Source: a virus (taxonomy: Duplodnaviria > Heunggongvirae > Uroviricota > Caudoviricetes). From it: 40,255 nt of DNA. A program made the position numbers and the translations under genes. The notes below the pieces were generated by a model, which saw only the letters and a list, made by a program, of their open reading frames with translations, ran no database searches and was not told where the DNA came from. The stretch covers positions 82,332 through 122,586 of the IMG/VR virus record IMGVR_UViG_3300027708_000034; one strand, 5' to 3'. Shown here one piece after another: positions 35,664-40,255 of the stretch (the first letter of the stretch is position 1; the number at the start of each line of letters is the position of its first letter).

Positions 35664-36465
35664 TTGAACCACACTTGGCTCTTTTAGCCTTGGTCAACGC
35701 TCCAAAGTCCACAGGCCATTCCTGTCCAGGATTTAGTTCTCGAGCATTAGTTGGGAATTTATATTGCACACCTGCTATTTTTTCAATTTGATCAACAGGT
35801 ACCCTAAATCTAGTTAGGTCGTTGCCTAAATTAACATAGGGTTTTGTATGAGGGAACATCCATCCGGCAATCTCGTGTGTTTGATTATTGATTACGATTT
35901 TGTAATAGCCATGTGGAACAATAACACCGTTACCAATAGTAGGATCACCAGCGCCATATAATGCTCCAACGTAGATAGTAAATGCTTGATTGCGTTGAAC
36001 TGCCCAGCCTCGGACCGAAGTCTCTAACAATTTCCAAATTCCACGATTTAGGCTCCCATGTTGGGGATACATGTTGGTCATCAAGAAACTCTCGTATTCT
36101 ACTTGCTGAGTCCAACTCAAATCCCCGTCCGGTGCAGCATGTCCCTTGTCGTACCCGGTCCCAGCATAGTCGTCCGGTCTCGCACCGTTTGGGACTGATG
36201 CATCCGCTACAAAAGCATTGGTACGAGGGAAACATCCAAGGGCATTTTGTGGTAGTAGTGTGTACGCTACATACACGGGGATCTTTACGGGAGCATCGTA
36301 GGCCACTAGATATGCTTCACGGCAAATTGGCACGGCTGTACGTTGTGTTTGTGCAAAGCCATATGGGCTGTGTACTTGGCATGCCTGCGGTGGCAAGGGC
36401 GCACGTTGTTCCCAAGCAAATGCCTGTGTGGATAGGATCAGCAATCCTAGAAGTAATCGTTTCAT
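35650..36465 (-). CDS. DNA/RNA non-specific endonuclease (NucA/Serratia nuclease/EndoG family) with Sec signal peptide, 271 aa
   Basis: YDKGHAAP (DRGH catalytic motif); SFLMTNMYPQHGSLNRGIWKLLE; VIVPHGYYKIV; signal MKRLLLGLLILSTQAFA|W; four Cys. Confidence 0.9.
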   Translation of the reverse strand: MKRLLLGLLILSTQAFAWEQRAPLPPQACQVHSPYGFAQTQRTAVPICREAYLVAYDAPVKIPVYVAYTLLPQNALGCFPRTNAFVADASVPNGARPDDYAGTGYDKGHAAPDGDLSWTQQVEYESFLMTNMYPQHGSLNRGIWKLLETSVRGWAVQRNQAFTIYVGALYGAGDPTIGNGVIVPHGYYKIVINNQTHEIAGWMFPHTKPYVNLGNDLTRFRVPVDQIEKIAGVQYKFPTNARELNPGQEWPVDFGALTKAKRAKCGSNAAE

Positions 36466-36487
36466 AGAGGTACCTTTTAAGTACTAC

Positions 36488-36493
36488 TATTTA
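36488..36493 (-). promoter_or_regulatory. Late promoter-like TAAATA upstream of the nuclease
   Basis: 22-nt leader with TTAAAAGG, same leader style as at 24939. Confidence 0.55.
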
Positions 36494-36504
36494 ACCAAAC
36501 TATA

Positions 36505-39500
36505 TTATTTGGTCACTCTAAATGTAAAGCTGCCAATATGTCGGCATTCTATAGTAGAATCGGCCCAGATAGTGAATCCTTTGTTACGGGCCTTGCCGCA
36601 GAAGTCATTGTCCTCACTAATGGTATTGGCATGATCTATCGCGCTGTGATATTCAAACTGTGGATATCCTACTGACTGGAACACTTCCTTCTTGACCAAT
36701 ACACAGCCAAATCCGCAGCCCATGATCTGTACCAGTCCCCGGCCTTTTAGCTTGTCATGTGGCATGTTGGTTACCCCGCCATGTCCATTGTCTTCATATA
36801 TTTCTAACACATGTTGGTCAGGTTTACGTTGTATATACAGCCCGCTGACGATATCTTTGTTATGCGACAGTAATTTCTTCAGTGTATCACGTTCAAAGGC
36901 AATGTCGCTATCCACTGAGAATAGATAGTCATAGCTCTGTACAGTCCAGTGTGCGATTAGATTTCTTACTTGGTCGATGTTATAGCCGTAGAATGTTTGG
37001 AAGTCTACTTCGTATCCATCTGGAACTTCTAAATCATAGATAGATTTAAAAGTTTCAGGTTCGATGTATTTGGCCGTAGGTATTCCAACTAGGATTCGTT
37101 TCTTGTTCTTATCCCAGGGCTTGGTTTCCTGTACAGCAACAGACTGGCTCATGAGTCTGCGGGCTATGTCATGTAACTGGGGTTGTATGGTAGTATCATA
37201 TATCACACGCTCACGATCCAAAGCGCCGCCTGTCAGTGTAGGATCGCTAGTGGTCACAGCAAACTTGGTTTCGAAATCTAAATTAGCAATGAAGTAATTG
37301 GGCTTGCCCATGGCAATCTGTAGATCGAAGATGTAATTGTCACCAAAGAACACATCCAAGCCACTGGGAATAGGATGCCATGATGCCTTGTGACAGAAGA
37401 ACATGCTGCCAAATCCATATGTGTGCTTGCCCGGAGCCCATTTTACAATATCAATGCGCTTGTCAGTGATGGGTATCTGATTGAACACTTCGATGCCTGG
37501 ATGCAGGCCAAACAGTCCATTGCTGGGAGTCAGCATGTTTTGCAGTCGATCAAACACTTTCGTATCAAAGACAACATCATCGTTGACTATACATAATCTA
37601 TCGTACAATGCTTGCTCAACTCCAAAATTCCATGCAGGGTTTACAAAGGTATTGCGTCCTGGATCGAACATGCGTATCTTAGGATGATGGAGATCAGCAG
37701 GGGTGTTGGTGCTATCATTGTTAATGATGATAATTTCACCAACTGCCTCACAGTCACATAATACATGTAGGAAGTTTACAAACTGATCAGCCACACGCCA
37801 CATGGTGGGCACGATCACACTATACTTTTCTACTCGACGCTTGTTGACTATATCCCTGGCTGCTCTATTCTGTTCCTCAGCATTGACTTTATAATCATTC
37901 AACGGACTGGCATCGTTGTAGTTATAAACAACATCCTGTAGGCATTTTACCTTGCTGGGATCTGCTGCTTCTATCAAGGCATAGAATACGCTGCCATCAC
38001 CGCCTGCCTTGTACCATGTGCCATCGTCATATTGAAATAGGTCATCAGACAGGCCATTCATCAAACGCTTCTTAAACGTGCGCAGATGTGTATAGGGCAG
38101 TATCCAATTGAAGTGATGCTGTCTGTATGCACCTTGTCTTTTTACTTCTTCGGGATAGGGTTGGCTAATCAAAGGAATGTTATCAACCATGCTCCAGCAG
38201 GATCCATAGGTAAATTCAGTGGTACCATCATAGATAGTGTTGTAGTAACTGAATAGTGTGTTGTCATTGATCAAGCTGTCATCACCATCTAGTATGACGA
38301 CGATGGCATCATCCTCTACTATGGAACGTATAGCCTCTACTTGATTGCGAACAGCACCCATGTTCTCATCCTTGCGTATGCAGCTGAATTTTTGGAATAT
38401 ATCACGAGGCAGTCTATATACTGCTTCTACAGCATTGCCCATGCTACGATCTGAGGATGCATCGTCGATTATGATATGGTGGTAGTTGCTGTAGTCCTGC
38501 TGCGCCACACTCTGTATACAACGTTCGATGTGTTGTTCAGCATTGTACATGGTGCTAATCACTACGATCTTTTGTTCCTTGCCGCTTTTGTAATCTTCTA
38601 GTTCAACTGAGTTGTGATATCTGCGTCCGTATATCTTGTGCAGTCTGCGATTGATCTTAGTGACTTCTCTATATTCTGCTGCTGGCAGATAGGCACCACA
38701 CTCGCGGAACATGTGTTGACGCCATTGTCTTGCTACGCTATCCCACCCTGCGATGTCTTTGATGATGTTGCAGTAATATTGCTTTTGTTGATGTAGGTAC
38801 TTATTATGATATGCTTCCACTACCACTTGCACAAACTTGTCTACTTGGCTGGGTAAATCAATATGCTGGAACAAGTTATTGGGTTCCACGGCATAGTCGA
38901 TTAGGTAGCAGGCCTGCTCCAATGCGATTTCCTCCAGCCCACCAAACCTGCAGGTAATACTAGGAGTATTATACATCAAACTTTCCAGTGTGCTGATGCC
39001 ATATGTCTCGGGAAAGGCACATGGATAGATCATGAAGTTGGCCTTGCTCAATATGTTGGCAATCTCATTCTGTGGTATGACACCTGTGAAGTCGATGCCT
39101 CGTTCAGCATTGACTGGGTCAGCTGCCATGACGCGCCAATCTTTTTCCTGTTGATCAGGTTCCGAGCTTTCACTGAATCTATAGTAGCCGCCGACGATCT
39201 TTAATTGTGCATCAGGGATCTGTGCTTTGACTCTAGGCCAGATATGATTGACTAAAGGCATCATACCTTTGGTAACTGACGCATTGTAGACAAACAGGTT
39301 GGGATCTTTGGCCTTGATATCTACTTCAGGATTATAGTTGTAGGCACCATTGCGTGTGATAAAAATCTTACGTTTGAGTACTTCAAAATTGCGCCTCTTA
39401 CCGTGGTCGCAGTTTAGCACGTAGGTAGTATGCCAATCGCTAAGTGTGAAGATATCTGTGATTCGATCTGCAAGTGCCAATTCTTCGATCAATAAGTCGC

Positions 39501-39894
39501 CTAAACAGAATGTGTCGTGCATCCAAAGGATACGCATTTTGGCCCGACTCAATATCCTATCATATAGATTCATACCATGGAAGGGCCAAGCACGGCGGTC
39601 ATTTAGCTTGTCATACTGCCCGGGATCAACGAATGGAATTACTGTTCGGCTGCTGATCACTATGTCAAAATAGTGATCCTGTGCCAAATCGTTTAAGTTT
39701 CTGTAGGTCACACGATCATAAACACCTGGGACGGCGTGATCGATACAGTTATTGAAAACTGTAACTTCGAATCCCAAAGCTGCTAGTTCCTTGCTCATCA
39801 AAGTAACTGCGCTTTCGCTGCCGCCTAATCCCTGTTTGAATACTGTGGTACCATCGTAGGGTATGCCGATGATGTCGATAATAGCGATTTTCAT
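36505..39894 (-). CDS. Multi-domain glycosyltransferase, 1129 aa: one GT-B (GT4-like) plus three GT-A (GT2-like) domains
   Basis: GLGGSE and ETYGISTLE (E-x7-E) in the N-terminal domain. GT-A domains: VVISTMYN...IIIDDASSD...LDGDD (from ~aa 440); YSVIVPTMWR...IVNDDV...FFGD (from ~aa 690); ILVGIPT...FSVDSDI...GFGCVLV...SEDNDFC (from ~aa 930). Confidence 0.9.
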   Translation of the reverse strand: MKIAIIDIIGIPYDGTTVFKQGLGGSESAVTLMSKELAALGFEVTVFNNCIDHAVPGVYDRVTYRNLNDLAQDHYFDIVISSRTVIPFVDPGQYDKLNDRRAWPFHGMNLYDRILSRAKMRILWMHDTFCLGDLLIEELALADRITDIFTLSDWHTTYVLNCDHGKRRNFEVLKRKIFITRNGAYNYNPEVDIKAKDPNLFVYNASVTKGMMPLVNHIWPRVKAQIPDAQLKIVGGYYRFSESSEPDQQEKDWRVMAADPVNAERGIDFTGVIPQNEIANILSKANFMIYPCAFPETYGISTLESLMYNTPSITCRFGGLEEIALEQACYLIDYAVEPNNLFQHIDLPSQVDKFVQVVVEAYHNKYLHQQKQYYCNIIKDIAGWDSVARQWRQHMFRECGAYLPAAEYREVTKINRRLHKIYGRRYHNSVELEDYKSGKEQKIVVISTMYNAEQHIERCIQSVAQQDYSNYHHIIIDDASSDRSMGNAVEAVYRLPRDIFQKFSCIRKDENMGAVRNQVEAIRSIVEDDAIVVILDGDDSLINDNTLFSYYNTIYDGTTEFTYGSCWSMVDNIPLISQPYPEEVKRQGAYRQHHFNWILPYTHLRTFKKRLMNGLSDDLFQYDDGTWYKAGGDGSVFYALIEAADPSKVKCLQDVVYNYNDASPLNDYKVNAEEQNRAARDIVNKRRVEKYSVIVPTMWRVADQFVNFLHVLCDCEAVGEIIIINNDSTNTPADLHHPKIRMFDPGRNTFVNPAWNFGVEQALYDRLCIVNDDVVFDTKVFDRLQNMLTPSNGLFGLHPGIEVFNQIPITDKRIDIVKWAPGKHTYGFGSMFFCHKASWHPIPSGLDVFFGDNYIFDLQIAMGKPNYFIANLDFETKFAVTTSDPTLTGGALDRERVIYDTTIQPQLHDIARRLMSQSVAVQETKPWDKNKKRILVGIPTAKYIEPETFKSIYDLEVPDGYEVDFQTFYGYNIDQVRNLIAHWTVQSYDYLFSVDSDIAFERDTLKKLLSHNKDIVSGLYIQRKPDQHVLEIYEDNGHGGVTNMPHDKLKGRGLVQIMGCGFGCVLVKKEVFQSVGYPQFEYHSAIDHANTISEDNDFCGKARNKGFTIWADSTIECRHIGSFTFRVTK

Positions 39895-39901
39895 ACTACT
39901 A

Positions 39902-39929
39902 ATTATACATTAGCAGCGGGCAGTGTCAA
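39902..39929 (-). promoter_or_regulatory. Consensus sigma70 promoter TTGACA-N16-TATAAT, 7 nt upstream of the glycosyltransferase ATG
   Basis: Perfect -35 (39924..39929) and -10 (39902..39907) hexamers. Confidence 0.8.
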
Positions 39930-39945
39930 GGTTCTTGGAGAGCAG

Positions 39946-40138
39946 TTATGCTACTGGGGTGATGCTGATCAATCCAGCAGTACCTGCTTGAAGCACGTTG
40001 ACTGTGCTGGTGCTGTCCAATTTAAAATGCTCGCACGAATTGGATGGCATCAATATGCAAGTAGCTGTACTGACTGTTCTTCCACCAAATGCTACGAAAG
40101 CTGGTTAGATGTATTCTATGAGTGGCCACTCTTAGCAT
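39946..40138 (-). pseudogene. Probable frameshifted or truncated remnant of a small structural gene
   Basis: A coupled ATG at 40138 opens MLRVATH... in one frame. A different frame (39946..40104) reads PAFVAFGGRTVSTATCILMPSNSCEHFKLDSTSTVNVLQAGTAGLISITPVA* with phage-like A/T-ending codons but no upstream start. Confidence 0.35.
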
Positions 40139-40255
40139 TATGCAAATCCCGTAACCAAACTAGCGTAGTACACACTGCCAGTATAGGTGATAGTTAATAG
40201 GTCAACGGAACCAACTGCGGTGCTTAGAGTTTTGAGTCCGCCGGCAAACTTCATA
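40138..40255 (-). CDS. 3' end of a tail fibre-type protein (partial)
   Basis: ...MKFAGGLKTLSTAVGSVDLLTITYTGSVYYASLVTGFA*, a C-terminal motif common in phage fibre proteins. Confidence 0.75.
   Translation of the reverse strand, partial: MKFAGGLKTLSTAVGSVDLLTITYTGSVYYASLVTGFA

Noticed and set aside
35483-35674. 63-aa minus-strand ORF across the intergenic element (and the 109-aa plus-strand ORF at 35462..35791)
   Set aside because: Arg/GC-rich codons unlike all real genes, overlap with the nuclease, and no RBS; better explained by RNA structure.
35945-39673. Alternative-frame and antisense ORFs inside the nuclease and glycosyltransferase genes
   Set aside because: Fully nested in well-supported genes, with no motifs.
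39988-40197. 69-aa plus-strand ORF and a stand-alone 38-aa minus ORF (40022..40138)
   Set aside because: The plus ORF opposes a clear fibre C-terminus. The 38-aa frame loses protein-like character after about 10 codons, so it was treated as part of a remnant.
1-40255. Origin from a eukaryotic giant virus (collagens, glycosyltransferases and GAL-type repeats also occur there) or a bacterial adhesin island
   Set aside because: Overlapping coupled genes, Shine-Dalgarno sites, sigma70 and T4-late motifs, Tfa-like chaperones and lack of secretion signals on the fibres fit a bacteriophage.

Overview
This window is a segment of a large lytic phage genome, most likely a T4-related (Tevenvirinae/cyanomyovirus-like) environmental myovirus; that assignment is inferred from gene style and TAAATA late-promoter motifs, since no hallmark capsid gene is in the window. 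Every credible gene is on the minus strand. In transcription order (right to left): the end of a fibre gene, a probable gene remnant, a perfect sigma70 promoter driving a 1129-aa four-domain glycosyltransferase, a signal-peptide-bearing NucA/EndoG-type nuclease, a GC-rich structured intergenic element, an HExxH metallopeptidase and a small acidic protein. These are followed by about 34.7 kb of virion fibre/adhesin genes (seven proteins totalling 10,891 aa, plus two chaperone-like paralogues and small structural proteins). The fibres are mosaics of shared modules: S/T-rich GALxVxGGxGIGG repeats, Tyr/Ser-rich collagen, Ig-like arrays, LamG, beta-helix and C1q-like domains. The most striking observation is six 136-162-aa helical repeats in the 1357-aa protein. 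Each carries an invariant C-x-R-D motif and flanking helices resembling the bilin-binding core of phycobiliproteins. All family assignments are from motif recognition by eye; no searches were run.
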